Made by a program: the position numbers and the translations under genes
Part shown: positions 27,273-37,162 of the stretch, one piece after another
Layout: the number at the start of each line of letters is the position of its first letter
Position numbering within the stretch: the first letter of the stretch is position 1
Assembly (NCBI GenBank): GCA_044225505.1
Contig: JBGAIN010000073.1
Coordinates: 1 to 39,245 of the forward strand
DNA from: Limisphaerales bacterium
Lineage (GTDB): Bacteria > Verrucomicrobiota > Verrucomicrobiia > Limisphaerales > SIBE01
Direction of reading: 5' to 3'
Length of the DNA stretch: 39,245 bases
Notes under the pieces: model-generated
What the model was told of the DNA's origin: nothing
Databases searched by the model: none
Seen by the model: only the letters and a program-made list of their open reading frames with translations

Positions 27273-28673
27273 TCACGGGACTGAACGCGGCGAAAGCCGG
27301 AAGTAACTCGATCCGTTCAGCGCGGCGACGGGGAGATTGCAGGTATTCCAGCCCTGCGCGAAGGTCGTCTTCGCGCTCACTGCATGCCAACTGGGAGACT
27401 CGACACTGGTGGTGGACTGCAGTTCCCAAGTCTGCTCCGATTCCGGCCAGGATAGAGTCAAAAAATTGCCGTCCGCCTGCGCCGACAGCCACGGCTTGAA
27501 CATGGGCCGCATGAAAGAACCCGCGATGGGAGGAAGGCCCAGCAGCGCCATGGCGATGTTTCCCGAATCACCGTTGCGCAACGGTTGCTCGCGATCACTG
27601 TAAGAGGGGCGCCGAGTTTCGGGATCGAAGCGATCGACGAAGAGCCGGTAGAGATCGACGCCGCGGGGAATGCCTGCTCCCCAGAGGCAGAGTGGGATGG
27701 TGTAGACCTTCGGGTCGGTAAAATCGATGTGCCATCCTGCGATATCCCCGCCACCGTGGTCCGAGGTGAGGACAATGGCCGTTTGGCGATGCAATCGTGG
27801 ACTCGTGTCTATCGTGGCCATGAGCCGCGCCAAGTGGCTATCGACGCCTTTAACGGCTTCGCGATATTCTACGCTGCCCCAGAGAAAGTAATGTCCGGTG
27901 ATGTCAGGATCGGCCAGGTGCAAGAACATGTAGGCCGGCGCGGAGTTTAACAGCTCCGAGATAGCGCCGTTTACAACATTGGAGTCACTAAACCGCACGT
28001 TGGCCGGGCTTAGCCAATCAATGAGTTCGGCTCGGTCAATCTTGTTTCGACCATACCCAGGTCCAAGCCCGCTTGTCATGCCGTGCTCTGCGTCGTAGCT
28101 ACGGACGAAGAACGCGAACTTCCCCTTGCCTGAGAAAAATGCGGTGGAAAGTCCTTGGTCGTGGACAACGTCAAAAGTGCTCGCCTTGTAAGGCGATTCC
28201 GGCTGGGCAAAGTTATGGAGCGTCCAAGGAAAGCCCGGATCATAGTCCACGTTCACCCCATGCGGCGCGGGCAATTCGAAACCATCAGGCTGTTCCAGAG
28301 CTGGCCGCCCGGTAAGCATCGAGGCATGGTTCGGCTGCGTTACAGAGTTGTCTGAATCACAACGTGCGTTCAACGTCCAGGCGCCTTCGGCCAGCAAGCG
28401 GGCGAACCCCGGGAATTCGTTTGGAGACGATTGAAGGTAATCCTTTAAGAATACGCTCCCGAGACCATCCAGGCTAATGTGTAAAACGTGACGAATCCGC
28501 GCAGAGTCGGGCCGATCCGCTGCGTGCAGGGAGATTCCAGGTGCCAAAACTGCCGTCCCCATTCCGACGGCTAGTGACAAAACCCTTGGAACGACGTTCC
28601 CAAAGGTGTTTCGCCAGGTTTTCACGGTCAGTCTCGGTCTGCCAAGCGTAATGGACGCGAGGCGGTCGTGCAA
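27273..28673 (-). CDS. Alkaline phosphatase/phosphodiesterase family protein with C-terminal beta domain
   Basis: HISLDGL, SVTQPNHASMLTG, HLADPDITGH, LTSDHGG. Start uncertain (possibly GTG 28625). Confidence 0.88.
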   Translation of the reverse strand: MHDRLASITLGRPRLTVKTWRNTFGNVVPRVLSLAVGMGTAVLAPGISLHAADRPDSARIRHVLHISLDGLGSVFLKDYLQSSPNEFPGFARLLAEGAWTLNARCDSDNSVTQPNHASMLTGRPALEQPDGFELPAPHGVNVDYDPGFPWTLHNFAQPESPYKASTFDVVHDQGLSTAFFSGKGKFAFFVRSYDAEHGMTSGLGPGYGRNKIDRAELIDWLSPANVRFSDSNVVNGAISELLNSAPAYMFLHLADPDITGHYFLWGSVEYREAVKGVDSHLARLMATIDTSPRLHRQTAIVLTSDHGGGDIAGWHIDFTDPKVYTIPLCLWGAGIPRGVDLYRLFVDRFDPETRRPSYSDREQPLRNGDSGNIAMALLGLPPIAGSFMRPMFKPWLSAQADGNFLTLSWPESEQTWELQSTTSVESPSWHAVSAKTTFAQGWNTCNLPVAALNGSSYFRLSPRSVP

Positions 28674-28766
28674 GGACTGCGGTCGGCGGGCCGGGCCTGC
28701 CGGGAACAGTGCGACTGCTGCAGGAGGAGCCTGCTGGCGCCATCTCCCTCGGATCTGTTAAACCAG

Positions 28767-30383
28767 CTAAAAATCTTTGAGCAGGCTACGGAGTGGGGTG
28801 CCCGTGCAGCCGGCGGGCTCGTTGATTCTTAAGATCGCGCAGAGGGTCGGAGCAATATCCGTAATACTCGCTGGGCCGGAGTAGCGCCCGGTTTTGAAAG
28901 CCGAACCATAAAAAAGGATTGGCACATGCGTGTCGTAGGCATACGGGGAACCGTGCGTGGTGCCCGTCTTCGAGCTGCCTGGAAGCAGATAGGGTTTCGT
29001 GACGAGAACCAGGTCTCCGCCTCGCTCCGGGTTGTAACCATTCTGCGCCATTTGCCCGATGGGACCGGAAGCGCGTCCGTCCAACAGTTGTTCCCTCGAA
29101 TAGCAGGCTTGGAACTTGCCGCTGGCCAACGCGATCTCCCGCACCAAGGACGTCACTTGATCCACCGTCAGTTTCTTCTTCTCGATGATGGCATGGTTCA
29201 GGTAGAGATTGCCGCCGTAGGTCTTGGAGGCGGCTAAATACCGGCCTGGACCAAACTCCTCGTTCAACTGAGACTTCACATCGTTTAAGAATTCTCCCTC
29301 ATCCCAACGAGCATCGGAAAGGCGCTCGTGACGGGCGAAGTCCGCCGTGGGAGCGACGCCATGATCAGCCGTCAACGCCATGAGCAGATGGTCGGAACCT
29401 ACTCGCTCGTCCAAGTAATTGAAGAAGTCGTTCAATTGCCTGTCCAAGCGCAGCACAACGTCGCGCGCTTCCTGCGAGTAAGGGCCGAACCGGTGGCCGA
29501 CGGAATCCACCGACGAAAATGAAATCGTGAGCAGGTCAATTCGACCTTCCTGCCCGAGCTTCTCGCCGTCCACCGCCGCCCGAGCAAACTCCGCCAGCAA
29601 CTGATTGCCGAACGGAGTCGCAACCACATCGTCATAATTGTCGTCGGCCGCTGGCACCTTATGATCGAAAACCGGCTTTTTCTCTTTGCCCAACGTCCCT
29701 TCCCCATGGCCTGTATCGCTCTCGGGATAGTACTTCTCGTCGAGAAGCCTTGACCATTTTTGGCCGACATACTGTTTCGGCAGTTTGCGGGCATTGAACT
29801 CTTCCACCCAGCCAGGCAACCGCTCCATGTAATATGTGCTCGTCACGAAATTGCCGTTCTTGCCATGATACCAGAACGCTCCTTTGGGTTTTCTCCCCGA
29901 CGGTAGAATGGCACCCCGATCTTTAATGGAGATTCCGATGACTTTGGAATTGAAACGAAGGCGCATTTCGTCCGCGAACGTGTTTCCCACCAGATTCCGC
30001 GGGGAGGAGCGAGCCGCGCCCGGAGTTGCGCCGACCCCATCGACGGACTGGTCTTCAGTGCAATAGACGTCCTTGCGAGTGTTCTTATCGAACCAATCGT
30101 TGCTGATGATGCCATGGGCGGCGGGAGGGGAGCCGGTGGCAATACTCGCGTGCCCCGGTCCTGTGACCGTCGGGACGTAGTTGAAATGGCCGAAGGTGGC
30201 AAAGGCGCCGCGTTCTGTAAAACGCTGGAAACCGTTCGTTGTCAACTGATCCCCATAGCGTTCGAGATAATCGTATCGGAACTGATCCACCACGATCAAG
30301 ACGACGAGCTTCGGGTCTGCTGCGCCCAAGGAACACACGGAGGTCAGGGCAACGGCCGCCAGGCAAGAAGTAAACCAACGCAT
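28767..30383 (-). CDS. PafA-type alkaline phosphatase
   Basis: Signal peptide MRWFTSCL, IVVDQFRYDYL, PTVTGPGHAS, SIKDRGAIL, DSVGHRFGP, LTADHGV, TTHGSPYAYDTHVP. Confidence 0.92.
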   Translation of the reverse strand: MRWFTSCLAAVALTSVCSLGAADPKLVVLIVVDQFRYDYLERYGDQLTTNGFQRFTERGAFATFGHFNYVPTVTGPGHASIATGSPPAAHGIISNDWFDKNTRKDVYCTEDQSVDGVGATPGAARSSPRNLVGNTFADEMRLRFNSKVIGISIKDRGAILPSGRKPKGAFWYHGKNGNFVTSTYYMERLPGWVEEFNARKLPKQYVGQKWSRLLDEKYYPESDTGHGEGTLGKEKKPVFDHKVPAADDNYDDVVATPFGNQLLAEFARAAVDGEKLGQEGRIDLLTISFSSVDSVGHRFGPYSQEARDVVLRLDRQLNDFFNYLDERVGSDHLLMALTADHGVAPTADFARHERLSDARWDEGEFLNDVKSQLNEEFGPGRYLAASKTYGGNLYLNHAIIEKKKLTVDQVTSLVREIALASGKFQACYSREQLLDGRASGPIGQMAQNGYNPERGGDLVLVTKPYLLPGSSKTGTTHGSPYAYDTHVPILFYGSAFKTGRYSGPASITDIAPTLCAILRINEPAGCTGTPLRSLLKDF

Positions 30384-30490
30384 TAAGTCCTTAGACGGTC
30401 GAGCGCTGTGCTTGGTTACGAGGCACTTCGCAAGGTCCGCCGCCTCAACGGAGGAGGTACGCCTCGTCTTGACCGCTGGAATCCCCAGTA

Positions 30491-32005
30491 TTAAATCGCG
30501 GGGTTTCGAAAGGCCCAAAGTTGGGTGGACGTTCGAAAGTAGATCGTGTCATCGACAATCGCGGGCGTGGTCACACAGCGTTCTCCCAGCGAGCAGCGGC
30601 TGATGACCTCGGGCTTTTCACCCGCCTTAAAGATGGTCACATTTCCATCCAGTCCGACAATAAAGAGATGGCCATCGGCACCGACCGGCGAGGCGTAATA
30701 GCCCGACGTCGTCCCAACGCGTTCCTGGAGGTAACGAGTCTGACCTGATTTGGCGTCGAAACAGGAAACCATGCCGCCGTCTTTTACCAGATAGACCGAA
30801 CCTTGGTAGAATAGGGGAGAGGGCACGTAGGGCAGTCCGCGACTTTGCTTCCACACCACGTTGGACCGGGTCAGGTCGCCTTTCCCCGGGCGCACTGCCA
30901 TCGCGGAATTCTCGCCCCGGCTGAAAGTTTTCACGCGCCCTTCCCATTCGGCAGAGGTCACCTTGCCGTCGCGGTTCTCGTCGAGGAACGAAAAGAGAAT
31001 GTTGATCATGGGATCGTTCGCGACCTCAGGCTTCTGCAGCGCTCCATCTTTGTCGCTATCGAGCTTTTGGAGCACGTCCGGAAAGAGTGGCATGGGCATG
31101 TCCTTCTGGCTGGGCGACCAACCCGCATAGAACAACAGGCCATCCCCCAGCACCGGGGTGGTGCAAGCGGCGCTGGGCAGGCCGTTCACCGACCACGACT
31201 CCGCGCCAGTCTTGAGATCATACCCTTTCATTTGCACGACACCGGCCACCACGACCTCTGCTGCTCCGTCGTGTTCCCATACAATCGGCGTGGAGTAGCT
31301 CGAGAAGAACTCGGGCCGTTCCTGGCGCCACAGGGGCTTCCCATCCTTGGCATTCACCGCGAGCACAAAGGAGCCCAAAAGCATATCCCGATTGAGCACA
31401 ACCGTGTCGCCGTGAACGATGGGGGAAGTGCCAGTGCCGAATTCTCCGACATGTTGGGCCGGTGGCATCGGGACCCGCCAAACTTCTTTCCCTTCAAAGT
31501 CGTAACACAACAATCCGCACGAACCGAAGTAGACGTAAACGCGCTCGCCATCACAGGCTGGGGTGGACGCTGCTGGACTTCCTTCCGTCGGATGAAACGT
31601 CTCGATCGTTTCGGCCGGGGCGACTTGTTTCCATAAGACCTTTCCCTCTTTCCTAGCCAGGCAAAGCGTCTCGAGTTTTCCGTCTTCGAACGCCGTGAGA
31701 AAGATGCGATCGCCCCACACGCAAGGCGACGAGGCCCCCGCCGGCACCTGCACGCGGAAGATTTCGTTGGTGCCCGGCCCAAATCTCAAGGGAGGTTTCG
31801 CGTTCTCGGCGATGCCCGACCCATTCGCGCCTCTGAATTGCGGCCAAGCGGCACCAGCCTCGCTGGTGGGAAGCGCCAGCAGTCCAACGATGCCCAGCAA
31901 GCTGGACCACACCGGTAACGGAGAGCGGGTCTTGCGGAATTGCGGTGAATGCGATTGCTCGGCGTGGCGTGAATCTTCCTGGGCACGGAACTTTAACTGG
32001 TCCAT
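30491..32005 (-). CDS. PQQ-like beta-propeller protein with an EF-hand pair
   Basis: WPQFRG, repeated SSP/STP blades, LDSDKDGALQKPE and LDENRDGKVTSAEW. Confidence 0.92.
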   Translation of the reverse strand: MDQLKFRAQEDSRHAEQSHSPQFRKTRSPLPVWSSLLGIVGLLALPTSEAGAAWPQFRGANGSGIAENAKPPLRFGPGTNEIFRVQVPAGASSPCVWGDRIFLTAFEDGKLETLCLARKEGKVLWKQVAPAETIETFHPTEGSPAASTPACDGERVYVYFGSCGLLCYDFEGKEVWRVPMPPAQHVGEFGTGTSPIVHGDTVVLNRDMLLGSFVLAVNAKDGKPLWRQERPEFFSSYSTPIVWEHDGAAEVVVAGVVQMKGYDLKTGAESWSVNGLPSAACTTPVLGDGLLFYAGWSPSQKDMPMPLFPDVLQKLDSDKDGALQKPEVANDPMINILFSFLDENRDGKVTSAEWEGRVKTFSRGENSAMAVRPGKGDLTRSNVVWKQSRGLPYVPSPLFYQGSVYLVKDGGMVSCFDAKSGQTRYLQERVGTTSGYYASPVGADGHLFIVGLDGNVTIFKAGEKPEVISRCSLGERCVTTPAIVDDTIYFRTSTQLWAFRNPAI

Positions 32006-32095
32006 GGCGTCGAAGGCTAGTGGCCCAGACCAGCCAGGGCAAGGCTTGGGTGAACGAAAGCGACCCAGGCGTCGCAGGGTCGGTTAAACCTTAGA

Positions 32096-32118
32096 GTGGC
32101 AGCGGCGTCTCGCCGCTG
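32096..32118 (+). repeat. REP-like palindrome
   Basis: GTGG-CAGCGGC-gtctc-GCCGCTG, same family as 9827-9901. Confidence 0.6.
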
Positions 32119-32210
32119 ACAGACACTGGCGATGCGTTATGGGTGAATAGAGTGGGGGAACCGTCAGCTTTCAGCGTTTCGACAGGCTCAACGCATGCTT
32201 TTCCCATCAC

Positions 32211-32268
32211 GTGGGGCGAGCTTCCCAGCTCGCCATTCCCGATTCGCGACCTGGGAAGGTCGCGCCAC
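32211..32268. repeat. REP-like inverted doublet
   Basis: GTGG-GGCGAGC-ttccca-GCTCGCC, 10 nt, CGCGACC-tgggaa-GGTCGCG-CCAC. Confidence 0.7.
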
Positions 32269-32273
32269 TTCAT

Positions 32274-32392
32274 TTTCTGCTTTCAGCTTTCAGCTTTCAG
32301 CGTTTCAGCGTTTCAGCGTTTCAGCGTTTCCCAAGAGGTCCCTAGTCCTTGGTCTCTGGTCGTTGGTCTCCAAAGCAGCGTTTCAGCTTTTC
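32274..32392. repeat. Short tandem repeats TTTCAGC/TTTCAGCG and TGGTCNN
   Basis: tttctgc, 2x tttcagc and 4x tttcagcg (32274-32330), tggtctc tggtcgt tggtctc (32350-70), further copies at 32164-80 and 32376-92. Confidence 0.85.
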
Positions 32393-32403
32393 CGCCCCGC
32401 CTC

Positions 32404-34170
32404 CTACAGCTTCAGCCGGAAGTAGCGCTGGGTGGACGACGGTGCCAGGAGCAACGGGTGCGTGGCCCCGGTGAGATCGCTCCAAGGCCCCGCCAGCTCC
32501 TCGGCCGTTTGCAGCGTGCCTTGGTTCCAGTCGAGGCTCACCTGTTTTTCGGCGTACTGAATGGTCAGTGACGGGGCCGGCGCGACGGCGGGCTCAACCT
32601 GGATCTTGAACAATGCGATGCCGTCGATGGCGTTATTGCCGAACTGCCAGCCTACCATGTAAGCATGCCCGAGTTTGTCCTTCGCTAGCCCTCCAAAGAT
32701 AAGGTCCCGCTTGCCAAACGTGGCAATGTTCGAATCGATCGTCGTTGCCTGGCCCGTCTGGATATCGAAACTGACGAATTTGTTTTGGTTAATGCCCCCG
32801 TAGCGATAGACCAACGCATAGAGGTGCTGCTCGTCCTCGCTTAGAATCAGATTGCTGACGCGCGGGTCGGGATCCGCTTCCAACACCCCCAACGCCTCGA
32901 GTTCCTCGGTGGCAAAGGTGAAACGAAAGATGCTGCCATCATAGGTGATGAAGTAGATCCGGCTCCCGTCCTTGGTGTAGACATGCAAGCGCCAGCCGGA
33001 TTTATCCGAGTCGTTCGCGCCGAGAAAGCCGTCCCCGTACGCTTTCCCCGTGTCCGTCCAGGTCCCGGCGGTGTTGTCGTATTTGTGAATTTGGATCTGG
33101 CCTGGAATCGTGCCGCGCATCGGGACATAAGCGTTCCCGGCGTTATCGAGAGCGAAGCTGCGAATGATACCGTCCGAGTAACCAAAGCCGGTCTGAGCAA
33201 TCATCCGGATCTCGCCCGTCTCGAGGTTCAGGCGGTAAAAGTATCCGTCGCCATAAGTGACGCCGTAAATAATCCGCGGCGTGCCTCGAGTCATTTCCAT
33301 GGCAATCGTTCCGTAATTCTCCACGTGCACGCCGATGTTGCCCTGAACCGTTTCCATCGCCTTGTTCAAGTAGTTCGTGGCGGTCTTGCTGAGATCCGTG
33401 ATGGTGTCGTTCTCGATCGCGTAGATGTGGGTGCCTCGATGATCCGCGAGTGTGCCCCAGGAATTGTCGTGCGTGGCAAAGTAGAGCCGGCCATCGCCGC
33501 CGCGCAGCAGGCGAGTATGCACCTTGGCCTGATTCTCCGTCGGGAGCCAATTGTCCGCCGCGGTCGAGACCGACTTGAGGTCATTGAGGAACCTCATTTT
33601 ATTGAGGTTCGGATCGTATTTAAAAACCAAGACGTTCCCGCTTGGGAACCCTTCTTCGTTACTGATGGCGGTGTAGATATTGCCATTGTCGTCATTCCCG
33701 AGAGCCCACCAACAGGAGTTCCAAACGAAATTGGGATATAGGGGAGTGCCCGTCGGCGATCCGTCTTCTGTGAAATGGATCTTCTCGTAAGTGAAGAATC
33801 CTGAGCCGGCCTCAGCGCCCCGCAACCCAGACGACGTTGACCAAATCAACGCGGCGAGGAGGGCGGACTTCCGGGCGTATTCCCAAAGGGCGCTCGTGCG
33901 AACCGGCAAAGCGAGCCAATGTTCACGCGGTTCGGGAAGTACGTCGCCTCGACTTTTCCAGCGCTTGCCGCCAGGGCAGAGATTACGGAATCGGTTCTCG
34001 ATGGCAGCGAGAAGTTTTCTTCCGGATCGCTCGGTCTTCGAGCAATCGCTAGGTTGTTTGAAAATCACGTTGATAATGGGTTGCTTTTCTGGACGTCGCA
34101 GGATAGCGGGAGGTTCTGTGGGCGTCGGGATCACCAGGGGTAAGTTTCTGTGAGTGAGCGTGGCTGTCAA
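32404..34170 (-). CDS. Hypothetical secreted beta-propeller protein (true start probably ~33900)
   Basis: Signal-like KSALLAALIWSTSSGLRGAEAG, blades GNIYT/GRLYFATH/GSRIYF, QAKVHT, C-terminal LDW..GTLQ...GPW...YFRL. Confidence 0.75.
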   Translation of the reverse strand: MTATLTHRNLPLVIPTPTEPPAILRRPEKQPIINVIFKQPSDCSKTERSGRKLLAAIENRFRNLCPGGKRWKSRGDVLPEPREHWLALPVRTSALWEYARKSALLAALIWSTSSGLRGAEAGSGFFTYEKIHFTEDGSPTGTPLYPNFVWNSCWWALGNDDNGNIYTAISNEEGFPSGNVLVFKYDPNLNKMRFLNDLKSVSTAADNWLPTENQAKVHTRLLRGGDGRLYFATHDNSWGTLADHRGTHIYAIENDTITDLSKTATNYLNKAMETVQGNIGVHVENYGTIAMEMTRGTPRIIYGVTYGDGYFYRLNLETGEIRMIAQTGFGYSDGIIRSFALDNAGNAYVPMRGTIPGQIQIHKYDNTAGTWTDTGKAYGDGFLGANDSDKSGWRLHVYTKDGSRIYFITYDGSIFRFTFATEELEALGVLEADPDPRVSNLILSEDEQHLYALVYRYGGINQNKFVSFDIQTGQATTIDSNIATFGKRDLIFGGLAKDKLGHAYMVGWQFGNNAIDGIALFKIQVEPAVAPAPSLTIQYAEKQVSLDWNQGTLQTAEELAGPWSDLTGATHPLLLAPSSTQRYFRLKL

Positions 34171-34566
34171 TGCCAGTTGTGCACGACTTGGAGTTGTGCC
34201 TCGGTTTTGTCCCGAAAGGCTTCAGCATCGATGGTATGGCCGACGTCGATTGTGGGCGGTTGAGCTTTCCACGGATTCCAGATGCGATTCGAGTCCGCTG
34301 GATCGTTCCACTCTGCGAAGCCCAACGATAGAGTCCGCAGATTGCTCGTCTCGGATTCAGTTTTGTTGCCAGGCCGCGACCTCCATCTCCCTTCCGACTT
34401 TCAGGTTTCATTTCATTCTCTAGCCTCCGGTCTTTTGCTCGGTGGCCGGAATGTGTACCAAGTTGTCCCAACGGCAGTGTTGCGCTCAGTCCCAAAATTG
34501 GCTTAGCCTCACGGGGTTGAGGAATCGTTTGCTGGCTCGACGAGATGTCCTTATTGACAAGTTACT

Positions 34567-35191
34567 ATGAATCTACTGCTTAATCGCCAAACTCTGCTGC
34601 TCATTGCCTGCGTGTCCATGGCGTCGGCTGTTAAGGCGGACCTCATCGTGAATGGCGGGTTTGAAACGCCTCCCATCACACCTAACCCGTTTGGCTACAA
34701 CTATCGCACTGGGTCGGATCTAACCGGTTGGACAATTACGACCGCCCACGGTGGCATTGCGCAGTTCGATTCAACGTATCGTCCCGTCGGGGCTGGATCG
34801 TATTCAATACAGATTGAGTCAGGCCCTCAAGGGGTCACGCCAGGCGACACCATTGCTCAAACATTCGCCACCACGGTAGGCCAAACTTACCGCGTTTCGT
34901 TTCTGCTCTCGGCCTACGATTCGGGAGAGGCGCATCAATGAATGTGGATGTTGGGGGAGCACCGCTGAATTTCACTGCGTCTCGACTAGCTATATTCCGT
35001 ATTCCTTCGACTTTGTCGCTTCCTCGTTGAGCACGACGCTGACGCTCGCCAACGTCGGGGTTTACGCCGTTTCATATCCGCAAGTCGACAGCGTATCTGT
35101 AACGGCGGTTCCTGAGCCATCCACCATGATCGCTGGAGGATTTTTGCTCTTACCGTTGGCCTTTCGCGCATTGCGCCGCTTTCGCAGTTGA
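34567..35191 (+). pseudogene. PEP-CTERM protein (DUF642-like) with two frameshifts
   Basis: Signal peptide, LIVNGGFE, QTFATTVGQTYRVSF. Frameshifts at ~34928 and ~34981, then SYIPYSFDFVASSLSTTLTL...VPEPSTMIAGGFLLLPLAFRALRRFRS* (TGA 35189-91). Confidence 0.85.
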
Positions 35192-35540
35192 CTTTAGTCT
35201 GATCAAATAACTCTGGATGATTTCGCGGACCGGGGTTCTAGGGAACCCAGGTCCTTTTGTTTCGGTTCGTGGACCTGGAGGCCTTGTAAGGCCGAGGAGT
35301 CGTTCGGGTTTTCGTATAAGACTCCGCCGTTGGAAACGCGTCCAATCGGCCATGCGAAAACGGTCAGCCAACGAGGCCATTTCTATTGCGCATCGTCTAT
35401 CGGCCTGGGAGGGGGGCGAAACCAATCGCAACCCGTTAGCTGAACAAGCGCATGTTCGTTTATGGAGCGAACAATTGCCGCGTCGGGCTGGCCGTCATCT
35501 CGGGCGGAGTGCAGTTATTCGAACTGGAGAGAGTAATCTC

Positions 35541-35574
35541 AAAACAAAAAGGCGTTGGTCGATACCAACGCCTT
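35541..35574 (-). terminator. Rho-independent terminator
   Basis: AAGGCGTTGGT-cgat-ACCAACGCCTT with a U-rich tract on the minus strand, 27 bp after the stop at 35602. Confidence 0.85.
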
Positions 35575-35601
35575 CGAGAGACCGAAGTGCCCGGTTAGAG
35601 C

Positions 35602-36270
35602 TTACCAGGCAACCTTCTTCGAATTTCTTACTGCACGAATTCCTTGAGCTGCAAAGGGAACGAGCAGGAGCAGGCCGGCAACCCAGGTCGATGCTTCAGG
35701 AACGGCCGTGAACTGAAAATTAGGACCCGCGTAATTTTCTGATTCCCAGTGGTTTCCGGGGTAGCCGCCGGGAAAATTAGCGTGTTCGGGCCGGTTATAA
35801 CGGCTTTCGCCAAACGTGATGTTCGGATCGACGGTTTGCAGTGTAAAGGGTGTCCACCAGCGCCATGCGTCGTCGGCAGAGTAGCCGCCGATCACGTAGG
35901 TGGTGCCAGCGCTCAGCACGACTGGCGTTGCCAGAGTGTGATACCGGTAGCCGTTGACTACAAGAGTGTCTGACGAAGTCACATTAGCGGAAAACAAAGC
36001 ACTCGCCGTGTTTGGGCTATTGCCGACGTCTGGATAAATGGAGACGTTCAGCCCGCCGCTGGTGGCGAACCCGTCGGTTCCTTCGTCCCAAAATCCCAAC
36101 GCCGTGACTTTGATTGGGACCGATGGCGTAAAAGTGAAACCCAAGTCAGCTGGGTTTATCCCGAGCGTAGTCCCCGACGGCGGCGTCAGTGCGGAAAGAT
36201 CCGCATGGGCGAGCGTTGTTGATAACACAATCGCCGAGACCGGCGCTAGAACTCCGAATAGATTTTTCAT
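35602..36270 (-). CDS. PEP-CTERM-type protein with DUF4082-like domain
   Basis: Signal peptide, LGFTFT...VTALGFWD, LATPVVLSAGTTYVI, then VPEASTW + TM + RAVRNSKK. Confidence 0.88.
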   Translation of the reverse strand: MKNLFGVLAPVSAIVLSTTLAHADLSALTPPSGTTLGINPADLGFTFTPSVPIKVTALGFWDEGTDGFATSGGLNVSIYPDVGNSPNTASALFSANVTSSDTLVVNGYRYHTLATPVVLSAGTTYVIGGYSADDAWRWWTPFTLQTVDPNITFGESRYNRPEHANFPGGYPGNHWESENYAGPNFQFTAVPEASTWVAGLLLLVPFAAQGIRAVRNSKKVAW

Positions 36271-36694
36271 AGGGCTTTATTTCGGTTCCCAGTACCTACA
36301 GCCTCTGAGATTCCGCGTCCATTATGGCAGCCTATCCCAGATTCTCTATCCTCTATTGGGACATCTTGAGTCCGTTTTGGGCCATGAGAATCTACCCGCC
36401 ACCGGGCTTAATCGATAGAATAGAAGTATGGCGCCTCGTGTTGTTTCTGGAATTGGAGAATGGGTGAGATCCAGCGCTCGGGGGCAGGGCAGGAACGGGC
36501 GATCGACGACTCACCTTGAGGGCCGAGGCGACGTTAGATTGTCGTAGAGAGCTATACTCGGCGGCGGCCTCACGTGCTGTTCACGAGATTGGCTTGCTGG
36601 TTCTCGCGCTGCCATGAGAGTTCTTGAAGGTCCCTGAAAGACCCTCAACGACCCATTATGGAGCCGTTTGTATGTGATCGCAAAGCGCTAAGGA

Positions 36695-37162
36695 TCAACG
36701 TCGTAGATGGATTTGTGACCTCTTGCTGGTCGCCTCTTTTGCACCGGTGAAGTAGACCGCCTCGCTTACATAGGACGAGCTGTTCAAGACATCGATCAGA
36801 ACATCACCAATCTGGTCCATTTCATCCAAGGTTACAAATCCATCGGCACCTGCTTCCAACATCTGGGCCGCAACGCCAGGGCTCTGCTGGCTTGAGAGCA
36901 CAACGACTTTAGACCCAGTTGTCGAGCGGATCGATCGCACGAGCTGCCTCCAGTCCCGACCGGACTGAGACGCATCGATGAGCACCAGACCCGGGTGCAG
37001 CTTCTCGGTCTGAACAATCGCCTTGTTTGCCGGGCAGACTGCGCATATTGCCAGACTCGCTTCGCCCTTAAGTATGGAGGAAAGCAGCCCACCCGTACCT
37101 AAAGGGGAAGCCACAATTAGGAGGCGAGTCTTCTTTGAGGCCACTTGAGTGGGCGCCTGCAT
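36695..37162 (-). CDS. Stand-alone atypical response-regulator receiver (NarL-like)
   Basis: TRLLIV, LHPGLVLIDAS, KVVVLSS, MLEAGADGFV, SYVSEAV. No HTH. Start uncertain (ORF extends to 37291). Confidence 0.72.
   Translation of the reverse strand: MQAPTQVASKKTRLLIVASPLGTGGLLSSILKGEASLAICAVCPANKAIVQTEKLHPGLVLIDASQSGRDWRQLVRSIRSTTGSKVVVLSSQQSPGVAAQMLEAGADGFVTLDEMDQIGDVLIDVLNSSSYVSEAVYFTGAKEATSKRSQIHLRR

Noticed and set aside
7501..33741. Long antisense or overlapping ORFs (e.g. 7501..8343, 19276..20076, 30845..31636, 32983..33741)
   Set aside because: Shadow ORFs of well-supported genes in GC-rich DNA.
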